From Candidatus Latescibacterota bacterium (GTDB taxonomy: Bacteria; Latescibacterota; UBA2968; UBA8231): a DNA stretch of 64,000 bases. Made by a program: the position numbers and the translations under genes. The stretch is from positions 62,687 to 126,686 of the forward strand of contig JAJEIO010000048.1 of the NCBI GenBank assembly GCA_022827835.1, given 5' to 3'. Under the pieces are notes generated by a model. That model was not told the origin of the DNA. It made no database searches and worked only from the letters and a program-made list of their open reading frames with translations. Of the stretch, positions 16,816 through 26,929 are shown one piece after another (the stretch's first letter is position 1; every line of letters begins with the position of its first letter).

Positions 16816-18948
16816 TCAAAGTCCCAGAGCCGTGCCGACTTGGTAGGTCGCCAAGGCTCCGAGATAGGCGAGGGCCGTCATATAGCCAAAGCTGAACAGG
16901 GACCAGCCATAGGAGCCGGTTTCTTTTTTTATGACGACCAAGGTCGAGAGGCACTGGGCGCAGAGCGCGAAAAAAACCATGATCGACAGCGCCACCGGCA
17001 GCGTGTAAATCGGGCGGCCATCCGGCCACGTAGCAGCGGCCAAGGTCGTGCGCAGCGTTTCGGAGCCTTCGTCTTCGCCCGCGCCGAGGCTGTAGATGGT
17101 GCCCAAGGCCGAGATGATGACTTCGCGGGCCGGAAAAGAGGCGATGACCGCCATGCCGATGCGCCAGTCCCATCCCAAAGGACGCACAGCCGGCGCGACC
17201 CAGTGCCCGGCTTGACCGAGATAGCTGTTTTCTACCAACTCAGCCGCTTGGCGCTTTTCCAAGGCGTCGAGGGCTGCGGGCGCAACCGCTTGGCGCTCGA
17301 TTTGGTGGCGCTCGACCACGGCTTCCGAACGCGGGAAATACGCCAGCGCCCACATCGCAATCGTCGTCGCCAAGATGAGACTGCCAGCGCGGACGACAAA
17401 GGCCCGGCTGCTGTGGTACACGCGCAACAGCACCGTGCGCAGGTCGGGCGTCTTGTACGAAGGCAGTTCCAGCAGAAAGGGCGGAGGATCGCCCTTGAGC
17501 AAGGTTCGCTTGAGCAACCAAGCCACTGGGATGGCGACGAGCGCGCCGAGGCAATAGAACGCCAATAGGGTCAGCGCCTGCAAGCCAATGATTCCACCCA
17601 ACAGCGAGCGGTCCGGGACAAAGGCCCCGATAAAGAGCACGTACACTGGCAGACGCGCCGAACAACTCATCAGCGGCGCGACCAAAATGGTGGCAAAGCG
17701 GTCGCGCCGGTCTTCAATGGTGCGAGCGGCCATAATGCCCGGGACGGCGCAGGCAAAACTGGACAGCAGGGGCATGAAGGCCGTGCCAGACAGCCCCACG
17801 CGGGTGAGCAGCCGATCCATCAACAGCGCCGCCCGCGCCATGTAGCCGCTGTCTTCGAGCAGGGCGATAAAAAAGAACAAAATGGCGATCTGCGGCAGGA
17901 AGATGAGCACGCCGCCGACGCCGGCGATGAGGCCATCGACGACGAGGCTTTGCAGAGCACCGGGGGGGATGAGCGCCGCGGCGCGGTCGCCGCAGGCAGC
18001 AAAGAGTGCGTCAATGCCATCCATCAGCGGCCCCGACCACGTGTAAATGGCTTCAAAGACCAAGACGTTGACCAGCACAAAAATCGCCACGCCAAAGAGG
18101 CGGTGCGCGAGAATGCGGTCGGCCCGATCCGATCGTCGGCCCTCTAGGCGACTGGGCTGGTCAATCGCCTGCGCGAGCAGGCCGTCGATCCAAGCATAGC
18201 GGGCGTTGCTTTCCAACTCGGACAAAGAATCCGCACCGGCCGTGCGCAGGCCATGCAAGCGGTCCGCAATGCCATCGCCAGCGGACGCCAACAAGCGGCG
18301 CTCCGCATAACCGTCTTCATCGACTAGGGCGCGCAGGGCCTCTACCGGAGAGAGCGGCCCGGGGACTGCGGCTTGCAACTCGGCAGTGGCGCGCTGGAGT
18401 TGGTCGGGCAGTTTCACCTGCTGCGGCTGCGCGGGCGCGGGATCTGCACTCAAAGCCGCCAACGTTCGGCGCAACTCGTCCAACCCCTGCCGCCGGTGGG
18501 CGCAAATGGGCACCACTGGCGCACCAAGCGCCTCAGACAAAGCACGGGCGTCGATGCGAATGCCCCGCCGGATGGCTATGTCCCCCATGTTGAGGGCTAC
18601 GACCAAGGGCAATCCTATTTCCGCAAGTTGAGAAACCAAGTAAAAATTGCGCCGCAGATTGCTGGCATCGACGACCGCCAAGATGCCATCTATAGCTGGC
18701 GCGTCTTGCTGTTGGCCCAAGAGTACGTCAATGGCCAGCATCTCGTCGGGGGAGTGCGCAGCGAGGCTATAGGCACCGGGCAGGTCAATCAACTCGAGCG
18801 CGTCGTTCCCATCCAGCGTCAGAGTCCCCACTTTGTATTCCACCGTGACGCCCGGATAGTTGCCGGAGTGCTGCGCAAGGCCGGTCAGCGCGTTAAAAAG
18901 CGTGGTTTTGCCCGTGTTGGGATTGCCAATAAGTGCGAGGGTCCGCAC
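16816..18948 (-). CDS. feoB: ferrous iron transporter FeoB
   Basis: N-terminal G-domain LIGNPNTGKTTLFNALTG (G1), DLPGAYSL (G3), ALNMGD (G4). Followed by a large polytopic permease (GVLIFLPQIAILFFFIALLEDSGYMARAA, ...LSSFACAVPGIMAARTI). Confidence 0.95.
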   Translation of the reverse strand: MRTLALIGNPNTGKTTLFNALTGLAQHSGNYPGVTVEYKVGTLTLDGNDALELIDLPGAYSLAAHSPDEMLAIDVLLGQQQDAPAIDGILAVVDASNLRRNFYLVSQLAEIGLPLVVALNMGDIAIRRGIRIDARALSEALGAPVVPICAHRRQGLDELRRTLAALSADPAPAQPQQVKLPDQLQRATAELQAAVPGPLSPVEALRALVDEDGYAERRLLASAGDGIADRLHGLRTAGADSLSELESNARYAWIDGLLAQAIDQPSRLEGRRSDRADRILAHRLFGVAIFVLVNVLVFEAIYTWSGPLMDGIDALFAACGDRAAALIPPGALQSLVVDGLIAGVGGVLIFLPQIAILFFFIALLEDSGYMARAALLMDRLLTRVGLSGTAFMPLLSSFACAVPGIMAARTIEDRRDRFATILVAPLMSCSARLPVYVLFIGAFVPDRSLLGGIIGLQALTLLAFYCLGALVAIPVAWLLKRTLLKGDPPPFLLELPSYKTPDLRTVLLRVYHSSRAFVVRAGSLILATTIAMWALAYFPRSEAVVERHQIERQAVAPAALDALEKRQAAELVENSYLGQAGHWVAPAVRPLGWDWRIGMAVIASFPAREVIISALGTIYSLGAGEDEGSETLRTTLAAATWPDGRPIYTLPVALSIMVFFALCAQCLSTLVVIKKETGSYGWSLFSFGYMTALAYLGALATYQVGTALGL

Positions 18949-18972
18949 GGAGCGTCTGCTGAGCAGGAAAAA

Positions 18973-19224
18973 CTAGGGGACGAGGCGGATGGCGGCAGCA
19001 TCCCTGCGCCGCAGCGCAAGGCGGGTCTGTCCTATTTGGACGATAATCGCGGTCCCGGAGCGCAAAACGCGCAAGTGCTCGCCGGGCAAAAAGCCCAATT
19101 CGCGCAGGCGGGCGGCCAAGCGCGCAGGGGCCAAAATTTCGGCGACAACTGCTTCGGCGTGCCGAGGCAATTGCGACAAGTCGAGCGGGGAGTCTGAGGG
19201 GCAGGGGGTTTTGCTAAGTTCCAC
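18973..19224 (-). CDS. feoA: ferrous iron transport protein FeoA
   Basis: 83 aa with an SH3-like FeoA pattern, LSQLPRHAEAVVAEI...RLRELGFLPGEHLRVLRSGTAIIVQIGQTRLALRRRDAAAIRLV. Immediately upstream of feoB. Confidence 0.85.
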   Translation of the reverse strand: MELSKTPCPSDSPLDLSQLPRHAEAVVAEILAPARLAARLRELGFLPGEHLRVLRSGTAIIVQIGQTRLALRRRDAAAIRLVP

Positions 19225-19470
19225 GAGATAGCTCCGGCCAGATAAGGCGACAATCAGATTGGCTGCGGGAATAGGTGTTTAAGATGCCAATAAGCTGTTC
19301 TGTATGCCAAACTTCTGTAAATATAGTCAACCGAGAAGCAATACGTCAATGCGTTTTTTATGCGATTTTAAAAAAATATCAACCGGCTAAAATTCGACAA
19401 GCGATGAGACCTTATCCATTTTAGTTCCGATCTACGCCACGCGATTTTGCCAAAAGAAAGCAGGGTAGCC

Positions 19471-20349
19471 ATGACAAAGTGGATTCTAGGGGTGCTGTTG
19501 CTCGGCGCGGCTCACGTGGGCGCGGTGGATTTTTACGCGCACTGGGCCGATGGGAAGGCCGAGATCTCCAACTACGAGGTGATTCAGCCGCGCTACGGCG
19601 AGCTGCGGCAGGGGTACGGGGTGATGATTTTCGTGACCGAGAGCCTGCATCGGCAGACCTTTATCAAGGCCGATCCGCCGACGCCAGAGGCCGACCAATT
19701 CTACGCGCTCAAGCTCAACCACATCCTCAACTTTACGACCGGGATTTACGACTATTCGGTAATGACTTCGGTGTTCAGTCAAGTGGCGGGCGAGCGGCAT
19801 CCCTTTGAGCTGCGGCGCATTTCGTTCAGCGCCCAAGAGTGGTGTGGGCAGGTCTTTGACGAGGCCCTGTTCAGCGGCGGGCGGATCAACGGATACATCA
19901 GCAGCTATTTTGCCAGCGAGGGCCGGGGAGCCTATCAGCTAAAGCAACCAGAAAACTTCGCGAGCGAGGACCATCTGCTGATCCGCATCCGGGAGCTGCA
20001 AGGGCCGTTTATGGCTCTGGGCGAGGTTCGGGAGGTGGAGGTGCTGCCGAGCTTTTGGCAGCTTCGGCAGGCGCATCAGCCCCATGAGACCGTGGCCGGG
20101 CGGATTCACAAGGCCGCCGAGGAACAGGTCGAGACGGCAGCCGGTGCGCTAGCCAGCGTGCGGTGGGACCTGCACATCGGCCAGCGGCAGCGGACGTTGT
20201 GGACGGAAAAAGCCTATCCGCATCGGATTCTGCGCTGGGAGGACGGCGATGGGGGGCGCGGCGAACTGATGCAGACGATAAGAGTACCCTACTGGCAGTT
20301 GCAGGCTAACACAGATGAGGTGTATCGGCGGGAGTTGGGCATTCCCTGA
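19471..20349 (+). CDS. hypothetical secreted protein
   Basis: MTKWILGVLLLGAAHVGA is a signal peptide, and the ORF has a consistent coding frame. Divergent from feoAB across an AT-richer 220-bp spacer. No family recognised. Confidence 0.5.
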   Translation: MTKWILGVLLLGAAHVGAVDFYAHWADGKAEISNYEVIQPRYGELRQGYGVMIFVTESLHRQTFIKADPPTPEADQFYALKLNHILNFTTGIYDYSVMTSVFSQVAGERHPFELRRISFSAQEWCGQVFDEALFSGGRINGYISSYFASEGRGAYQLKQPENFASEDHLLIRIRELQGPFMALGEVREVEVLPSFWQLRQAHQPHETVAGRIHKAAEEQVETAAGALASVRWDLHIGQRQRTLWTEKAYPHRILRWEDGDGGRGELMQTIRVPYWQLQANTDEVYRRELGIP

Positions 20350-20371
20350 AAAGTGGCTAGCGACCGTCTCG

Positions 20372-22822
20372 TCACTGACGATTTCCTTCTATCGCCTCCA
20401 ACAGAGTTTCTCGATTGGCACGCGCGGTTTCTAGGTTCGGATTGAGGAAAAGCGCTCGGTCGAAGCTTTTCAGCGCCTCGTTGCTTCTGCCCAAGTAGAA
20501 GAGGACGATGCCCATGTTGCCATGGGCCACTGCGTCGCTCGGATCAATGTCGATGAGGCGCTGAAAAAGTCCCAGCGCCTCGTCGTAGTGCTGCTGCTCC
20601 GACCTCAGATGGGCTAGCCTGCGAATAGCCTTCGCATAATGTGGGTCTATCTCCAAGGCGCGCATGTAGTATTCTGTCGCCACCTCGGGTTGCCCGTTTT
20701 CCTCTGCCGTCTGTCCCATGAGGCAATGCAACTCGATCGCCTGCGGCGAGGCCGAGTCCAGCGCCACCGCCTGCGCCATAAGGTCAATCGCTTCTTCGTA
20801 GCGTCCCTGTGGCGTGAGTACTTCTATCAATTTCCGGAAAGCGTCCACATCCTGCGGATTGAGTGCGATGGCGCGGCGCAAATGGGTCTCGGCCTCCTCA
20901 AAACGTCCCAGTGCATGGAGAATCGCGCCAAGGTTAAAATGTGCCTTAAAGAAATCCGGATCTTGTTCTATGGCGACGCGGGTTGCCTCAAGGGCTTCCG
21001 CATACCGGCCCTGTTTGTACAAGGCTGCGCCTAAGCTGAAGAGGGCATCCACATCCTGCGGATTGAGTGCGATGGCGCGACGCAAATAGGTTTCGGCCTC
21101 CTCAAAACGTCCCAACTTATTGAGGATTGCGCCGAGGTTAAAATGGGCTTCAAAGAAATCCGGATCTTGTTCTATGGCAACGCGGGTTGCCTCAAGGGCT
21201 TCCGCATATCGTCCCTGCTCATACAGAGCCTTACTTAAGTTGAGGTAGGCATCCTGTGCCTGCGGATCGAGTGCGATGGCGCGGCGCAAGTGGGTTTCGG
21301 CTTCCTCAAAGCGTCCCAGTGCATCTAGGGTCGCGCCGAGGTTAAAATGGGCCTGAAAGTGTTCCGGGCGTCGCTCTATAGCGATGCGGGTTACGTCGAG
21401 GGCTTCCTCATACCGGCCCTGCTTGTACAGAGCGTCGCCTAAGTTGAGGTGGGCATCCCGCGCCTGTGGGTTGTGTGCGATGATGTGGCGATTGAGAGTT
21501 TCGTCGTCCCGATAGATGCTTGCCTGCCGCCAGGTCAGCAGCCCCAGTACAACGATAGCTACCGCTGCAACGACCCGCACACCCTTTTGCCACGAGTCGG
21601 ACAGGCCACGCACGCCATACGTGATTGCGCCGATGACGACAGCCATAATCCCGAGGCCAGCGAGGTATTGAAAGCGGTCGGCGACAAACGCATACTGCAT
21701 ATAGCCGTAATCGACAAAGCCTAAAACCGGCGACAGTGTGACCACAAAAAACAACGCCCCAGCCAGCGGCCCACGTCCAAGCTGATGCCGAAAACACCAG
21801 AGAGCTACCGCCAGCGCGACGGCGGCAACGAGATACCCCCAAGCCAGCGGATCCGCGACGCGAATGTCCCAAAGCGGATAGACGAGGGTTAGGTTGGTCG
21901 GCCATAGTAGCTTGCCCACGTAAAACCACAGGGCACGAGCAGCGATGAGCGTCCGTTCAATCAATGAATAGTCGAGAGACAAAACTTCTCTAGATTGATA
22001 AAACGACAAGTCGCCGACCGTGATGACCAGCCCTACTACACCAAACGGTACCAGTCGCAACAGGTCGGTTGAGGTCACTCGGCCCTGTTGCCACCAATGC
22101 CAGATCAAAAGCGCCACCGGTAGCGTAAGCACGATGGACTTGCTCAAAAGACCCGACGCATACAACACCAGCGAACACACATACCATCCTCGACGCGACT
22201 GCTCCACAAAACGCATCCACACAAGCACCGACGCAAGATAGAACAGACCCGAAAGCACATCCTTGCGCTCGATAACCCAAGCGACCGACTCCACGTGCAG
22301 AGGATGCACCGCAAACACCGCAGCCACCACCCACGCACCAGGTACCAACAACCGACGCATCAGATGCCATACCAAAAGCGTATTCCCTAAGTGCAGCAGC
22401 ACGTTGACGATGTGATAGACCGTCGGGTCAAACCCCCATAGCTTGTGCTCCAGCCAGAAGGTTGTATAGACCAACGGCCAGTAATGCCCTTCTCCTTCGA
22501 TAGCACTGGGGGAGAACCAGATTTGCCACAGACCGGATACGTCCTGCACTGGCTTGGCGTCGATGAGTATGCTATCGTCCCAAACGAAGCCACCCCACAG
22601 CATTGCCGGCAGGTAGCAGACGACCACCAGCAGACCAAGTGCGAGAAGAGCCAGCGCGTCCTGCTGTGCGTAGGATGTCGCCGCTGTTAGGGGCGATGCA
22701 GTTTCAACCGTCTTCTGGGCTTTTGCGTCGTTACGAGCCGCCTGTCTGCGCTCTTGCCGCGTGGGCTTTGATACAGTTGATCGTTGGCTCGGCGTCTTTC
22801 CCGTCGGTCTTCTTTTGGCCAC
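20372..22822 (-). CDS. GT-C fold PMT/TMTC-like membrane glycosyltransferase fused to C-terminal TPR repeats (paralogue 1)
   Basis: Basic N-terminal tail, then about 11 TM segments with the first-loop acidic motif GGFVWDDSILIDAKP, as in PMT_2/DUF1736/TMTC-type enzymes. The C-terminal half is canonical 34-aa TPRs (...LGDALYKQGRYEEALDVTRIAIERRPEHFQAHFNLG...). 816 aa. Confidence 0.8.
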   Translation of the reverse strand: MAKRRPTGKTPSQRSTVSKPTRQERRQAARNDAKAQKTVETASPLTAATSYAQQDALALLALGLLVVVCYLPAMLWGGFVWDDSILIDAKPVQDVSGLWQIWFSPSAIEGEGHYWPLVYTTFWLEHKLWGFDPTVYHIVNVLLHLGNTLLVWHLMRRLLVPGAWVVAAVFAVHPLHVESVAWVIERKDVLSGLFYLASVLVWMRFVEQSRRGWYVCSLVLYASGLLSKSIVLTLPVALLIWHWWQQGRVTSTDLLRLVPFGVVGLVITVGDLSFYQSREVLSLDYSLIERTLIAARALWFYVGKLLWPTNLTLVYPLWDIRVADPLAWGYLVAAVALAVALWCFRHQLGRGPLAGALFFVVTLSPVLGFVDYGYMQYAFVADRFQYLAGLGIMAVVIGAITYGVRGLSDSWQKGVRVVAAVAIVVLGLLTWRQASIYRDDETLNRHIIAHNPQARDAHLNLGDALYKQGRYEEALDVTRIAIERRPEHFQAHFNLGATLDALGRFEEAETHLRRAIALDPQAQDAYLNLSKALYEQGRYAEALEATRVAIEQDPDFFEAHFNLGAILNKLGRFEEAETYLRRAIALNPQDVDALFSLGAALYKQGRYAEALEATRVAIEQDPDFFKAHFNLGAILHALGRFEEAETHLRRAIALNPQDVDAFRKLIEVLTPQGRYEEAIDLMAQAVALDSASPQAIELHCLMGQTAEENGQPEVATEYYMRALEIDPHYAKAIRRLAHLRSEQQHYDEALGLFQRLIDIDPSDAVAHGNMGIVLFYLGRSNEALKSFDRALFLNPNLETARANRETLLEAIEGNRQ
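20851..21490 (-). repeat. 204-bp tandem repeats (about 3 units, each two TPR motifs) inside paralogue 1
   Basis: The unit marker cctgcggat(t/c)gagtgcgatggcgcg recurs at 20851, 21055 and 21259, with a degenerate copy at 21463, giving an exact 204-nt period. Encoded units read AIALNPQDVDA..GRYAEALEATRVAIEQDPDFF(E/K)AHFNLGAIL..LGRFEEAET(H/Y)LRR. Confidence 0.85.
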
Positions 22823-22826
22823 TTAC

Positions 22827-24626
22827 CTACCTCTCTTGACGCCGGAGGATGAACACGCGGTTATCGCCGGGATCCAGCGGAGAAAAGGCGTGCATATTCA
22901 GCTCGGGCCGCTGGGTCGGATAAGGATAGACTTCGAGCTTGGCGACAATCTCGTACATTCCAGCGAATGGTTTCACTGTGAATTGTTTGGCCGCCCCCAA
23001 TTGCAACTGCCGAAAAAAAATAATCCAGTCGGGTGTGTTCTGCTCAATGTAGAGGGGTGCATCTAGCGCGGCAATTTTGTCTTTGGACAGTGGCGTAGTT
23101 TCTTCCAAGGCGCAGCAAAACTGCACATGGTCGCCAGCGTAGAAAATCAGCGCCTCGCGGTAGGCAAAGTCCGGCACATGCACCAAGTCATCCCTTTCGG
23201 CATTCTGCAACAAGTAGCTAGAGACTACCGAGATGGAGTCGCGGTACGGACGATGAACTTCGCGGATGAACTCGAACAAGTACAACCCGAGAGTTTTTTG
23301 ACCACTAAAAACCATCGTAATGTTGAAGGGAGCCGCGCCCACGCTGGTAAACAGCAGTACGCCGAGTGCCAGCGCGCCAGCGATGACGTGCCGACGCCAA
23401 GCCCATTCCACGAATAGTCCTTTCATCGCCAACAGCAATGGCAACGCCCCCACGTAGTAGCGCAGATCGGCGACTGGGTTCATCCATATAGGCTGCACCG
23501 ACAGCATCGCCGAAAACAGTGCAAATAGCGCGCCCATTAGAATGATTTTTCCTACCGCTGCCAGTGGGAAGTCGTCGCCGAGAATCTTTTGGGCAATGGA
23601 TGCGCCGTCGTTGACTCGCTGGCCCCGTCGCTGCGCCTGTCGCGACGCTCCGACCACCTGCCTCCGTCGAGCCTGCCAAGCGATTAATGCCATACCCACG
23701 AACCACAAGAATACCGGCCATGAAATCCAGTCGGCGGTGAACAATTCCCGGATGTATATCCAGATTCTTTCTATGAATAGGAATAGCTCTGACTTGTCGC
23801 CTTGGTACGGCGTGGGATTCTGTCCGGCAAATCCCATGAAGCCGCTGCGCTCACCGCCGATGACGCCCAGCCAGTAGAGGTAGTTTGAGCCCACCGCCGC
23901 AACAGCCGCACCGCAAATAGCGAACAGCGCCCACTCCCGCCGCGTGGTTGCGCGAGCGCGAAAGAGTAGGTGATACGCCGCCAGCGAGAGCATTGTTGCT
24001 GCGCCGCCAGCGTAGTGATTGAAAAACGACAGCGCGGCCACCAGCACGATGACCGGCAGGTACGCCGAATTTCTGCTCTGCCAGTAGCGTTCGTACAGAT
24101 AGAAGAGAAGTATCAGCGAGAGAACCATCACCGAGAAATACCGGCTCTGGCGGAAGTACAGCAGCAGTTGTGCCGACCCGGCGGCGAATACAAAGATGAA
24201 GAACATTAGTCGCGGGTGCTTCGGCAGGTGTTGGCGCAGCAACAGGTAGAAGACGCCGAGCGCGGCGATGCCGAGGATAGCGTGGACGATGCGGGCACCC
24301 ATCTCGTTGACGCCGAAGATGGCGAAACCCACCGCGTTTAGTACATACATCAGTGGTGGCAGCACGTCGCGCAATTCTTCGTTGAGCGTACGCCCATTGA
24401 TGCCGCCGACCAAATTGCGCCCGTCCCAGCCGACGATGTCGCCCTGTTGCAACAGGGTTTTGCCAAAAAAGGCGGCGGGTGCCTCGTCGTGCCACAGCGC
24501 AGCGTAGTCCAAATTGACCAGACACAGATAGGCAGCAATCAACAGCACGCTCATGGATGCCACAGTGTATGGCGAGGCCTGCAAACGGGCTGATAGTGAT
24601 GAGCGCAGGGCGAAAAAGTCAGGCAT
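22827..24626 (-). CDS. GT-C fold glycosyltransferase, family 39 / ArnT-PMT_2-like
   Basis: 599 aa, polytopic. First periplasmic loop is AALWHDEAPAAFFGKTLLQQGDIVGWDGRN, carrying the DE(A) motif typical of ArnT/GT39-like enzymes. Soluble C-terminal domain of about 130 aa. Stop lies 4 nt before the downstream paralogue-1 start. Confidence 0.75.
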   Translation of the reverse strand: MPDFFALRSSLSARLQASPYTVASMSVLLIAAYLCLVNLDYAALWHDEAPAAFFGKTLLQQGDIVGWDGRNLVGGINGRTLNEELRDVLPPLMYVLNAVGFAIFGVNEMGARIVHAILGIAALGVFYLLLRQHLPKHPRLMFFIFVFAAGSAQLLLYFRQSRYFSVMVLSLILLFYLYERYWQSRNSAYLPVIVLVAALSFFNHYAGGAATMLSLAAYHLLFRARATTRREWALFAICGAAVAAVGSNYLYWLGVIGGERSGFMGFAGQNPTPYQGDKSELFLFIERIWIYIRELFTADWISWPVFLWFVGMALIAWQARRRQVVGASRQAQRRGQRVNDGASIAQKILGDDFPLAAVGKIILMGALFALFSAMLSVQPIWMNPVADLRYYVGALPLLLAMKGLFVEWAWRRHVIAGALALGVLLFTSVGAAPFNITMVFSGQKTLGLYLFEFIREVHRPYRDSISVVSSYLLQNAERDDLVHVPDFAYREALIFYAGDHVQFCCALEETTPLSKDKIAALDAPLYIEQNTPDWIIFFRQLQLGAAKQFTVKPFAGMYEIVAKLEVYPYPTQRPELNMHAFSPLDPGDNRVFILRRQER

Positions 24627-24661
24627 TATACACCCTTGTACCTATCAGAAACATTACCCTA

Positions 24662-26367
24662 TTATGGGTCAACAAAGCGAATGCCCGAATTGGTTGGAGG
24701 AGCGGGTGTATCAGGATAGAGTTTGCGCACTAACTTGGTGAAGGTGCCACCAGCGATCGTCGGAGCGTACTCCTGCCATCGGCGGATAGCCGGCCCGTCG
24801 GAATCTCGGCGCAGGACTCGAATGCTGCCGAATGTTTTTTCCACCGAGTAGCCGGGAATAGAAGTGGCCGGATCCGCCGACACAATGTGGCTGACCGAGG
24901 CTGAAATCTTATCCACTTCTATCTTTTTTGGATCCACGAATATAAGGTGCCCTGTATTGGTGTCGTAGAACGGAATCTCGCGGTGCATATAGTAATAACC
25001 GGGAAGGTTGAAATAGGGACGGTCCACCTGCCATACGGCGGCGACTCCGGGTGCCCTAGCAAGATAGCGGTACGCGGCGAAAATTGCGTCCTGATTGCGC
25101 AGAAAGCCAACGATACCGGTCTCATTTGAATAGGCTCGATACACTCTGTCTTGATACGGCAACGCGTTCAGGATGCCAGCTAGGGAAACCGCTGCGAAGG
25201 ATGCTGTCAGCACGAGGGAAGTCGGTCCCAACGACATGCGCGACCTGCCCTCGCTAGCGCGGGACGCAAACCACACCACAAAGTCTGCGCTAATCAGCAG
25301 CCAGAGCGGGATGACGACGAAGATGAAGCGATACTCCTTGTGAGACTGAGCCGAGTGGATCAGCAGCGTCAGGGCAATGAGCGCCAGCAGGAATCCGTAG
25401 CGTCGGAGGTCGGGCAAAGCCAAGACGCACAGGGCCACCAGTCCCATATTGGCGATCAGGAGCCAATAGAGGAATTGCCATGCTGGGCTTTCACCGGCGC
25501 GCAAGTCGCCGAGGGCGAGATTGACGCGGATGTTGACGACGTAGGAGTGAAACAAGCCGCCGTTCCAAGTGGTTGCGTCGAATATACCGACAGCGACGAA
25601 AACCGTGGCCGCGGCCAGTGCAAGCTGCCTGTTCTTCTCGGTGCGCAAGAAGAACAGGCTGAGAACTATCAAGGCCAACGGAGCATACTGCACCCGTATC
25701 GCCGCCACCAGCACCGCTAGTACCGCCGCCGTCAAGACTATCCGCAGTCTGTCCGGCGTAGGCCGCACACAAAGCGCCAGCAAGGACACCAACAGGGCCG
25801 TAGCGACAAATTCGGTCATCGGCTTGTGGGCAAAACCGACCAACTCGTACCAGAAAGCACCCATCAGCAACGCGACCCGCGCCGAGGTTTCGCCAAAGTG
25901 CCAGCGGGCAAAAAAGTACATGCTGCTGGGATGAGCAGGGAAATCGCGCAAAATACGAGCTTGACGCCGCCGACGTACCAAGCAGGCTGACCGAGGCCGA
26001 CGATGTCGAACAACTTCAAGACACCAGCGACCAACCCAGGCACTAGCCACGAACGGGCACCGTAGAAGTACTCCCAGTAGGTTACGCCGTTGCCGAAGAC
26101 CAAGCGATGCGCCGGCTCCAGATACTGCATGATCTCGTCGGGGTGCAAAACAAAGTCGCCGGACAGGGCAATAGCCGCCCGTGCGACAAAGGCCACAGCG
26201 AGCACTGGTAATAAAAATTTCCACGGCCGCTCGTCGGGAGGGGACGGATGTAGCAGGAGGTCAGCCATTGAGTGCAGGCGCACGGACCAAGGCAGTGCCT
26301 GCTTGCCCTTCTCTTGGCGTGCGGCTGCGCCGCGACCACGCGCTTGAGACCGATTGCGCTTGGACAA
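24662..26367 (-). pseudogene. GT22 (Alg9/PIG-B-like) mannosyltransferase interrupted by a 1-nt frame change in an A6/T6 run
   Basis: The N-terminal part (track ORF 25864-26367) carries the GT22 signature FVLHPDEIMQYLEPAHRLVFGNGVTYWEYFYGARSW. The rest of the polytopic protein continues in the -1 frame (track ORF 24662-26224, from about MYFFARWHFGETSARVALLMGAFWY...). The junction is at the A-run 25910-25915. Before that point the 520-aa track ORF is Arg/Pro-rich out-of-frame text. Confidence 0.7.
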
Positions 26368-26502
26368 AAGCTATCTCCTAGTGTGCTTATTCATCTTAGA
26401 TACTGATGTTATCGTACAGAAGGCTTCTTGGGCAGCGAAGCGGAGTCGAAGCATCTCATCCCTACGGGTCTATACGTAAAGTCAGTTAGATATTAAGGCC
26501 GA

Positions 26503-26910
26503 TCAACTCCCCTCTTCCCGAAAAGTCCAGTACGAATTGAGGAAGTAGTTGACCAACGTCCCCGGCGCGATCCCACATCCTTGCAGCCACACCGGATCAA
26601 CTTGCGGCAACAACACCGACAGCGCGACAAACGTCGAATAACTCACCCCAAGGGCCAGCAGCGACACAATGTGAAACCGCAAACCCCGGATCCGCTTGCG
26701 GCTGCTCAGGTCTCGGTCGGCAAAGGTCCAATAGTTGTTGATGAAAAAGTTCGAAAAGACCGAAATTTCAATCGCAATGGGCGAGGCTAGATACTTGTGG
26801 ACGCCGAGTTCGAGCAGGATGTGGAACGAACCTAAATTGACCACCACTCCGCTGAGGCCGGTCAGGCAGAATTTTACAAAAGTGCGAGGCGTGCCAAACG
26901 CAGCGACCAT
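26503..26910 (-). CDS. GtrA-family membrane protein (polyprenyl-phosphate-sugar handling)
   Basis: 135 aa with 4 TM segments. FVKFCLTGLSGVVVNLGSFHILLE...ASPIAIEISVFSNFFINNYWTFADR is the GtrA-like signature. Confidence 0.85.
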   Translation of the reverse strand: MVAAFGTPRTFVKFCLTGLSGVVVNLGSFHILLELGVHKYLASPIAIEISVFSNFFINNYWTFADRDLSSRKRIRGLRFHIVSLLALGVSYSTFVALSVLLPQVDPVWLQGCGIAPGTLVNYFLNSYWTFREEGS

Positions 26911-26929
26911 TTTGCGCGGGCTTCGCTGT

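Noticed and set aside
16840-19197. 242-aa and 274-aa + strand ORFs antisense to feoB/feoA
   Set aside because: The same GC artefact. FeoB G-domain and permease motifs unambiguously define the minus strand as coding.
19240-19270. Fur box upstream of feoA (GACAATCAGATTGGC)
   Set aside because: Only a weak partial match to the GATAATGATAATCATTATC consensus, with no clear dyad symmetry.
11506-21490. Possibility that the tandem repeats (11506-11750, 14246-14320, 20851-21490) are CRISPR arrays
   Set aside because: All are in-frame coding repeats directly abutting one another, without unique spacers of constant length. There are no cas genes in the window.
25935-26224. First roughly 100 aa of the 520-aa track ORF (MEIFITSARCGLCRTGGYCPVRR...)
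   Set aside because: Out-of-frame read-through of the GT22 N-terminal region. The real N-terminus is in the other frame (25864-26367) with the HPDE...YLEPAH signature.
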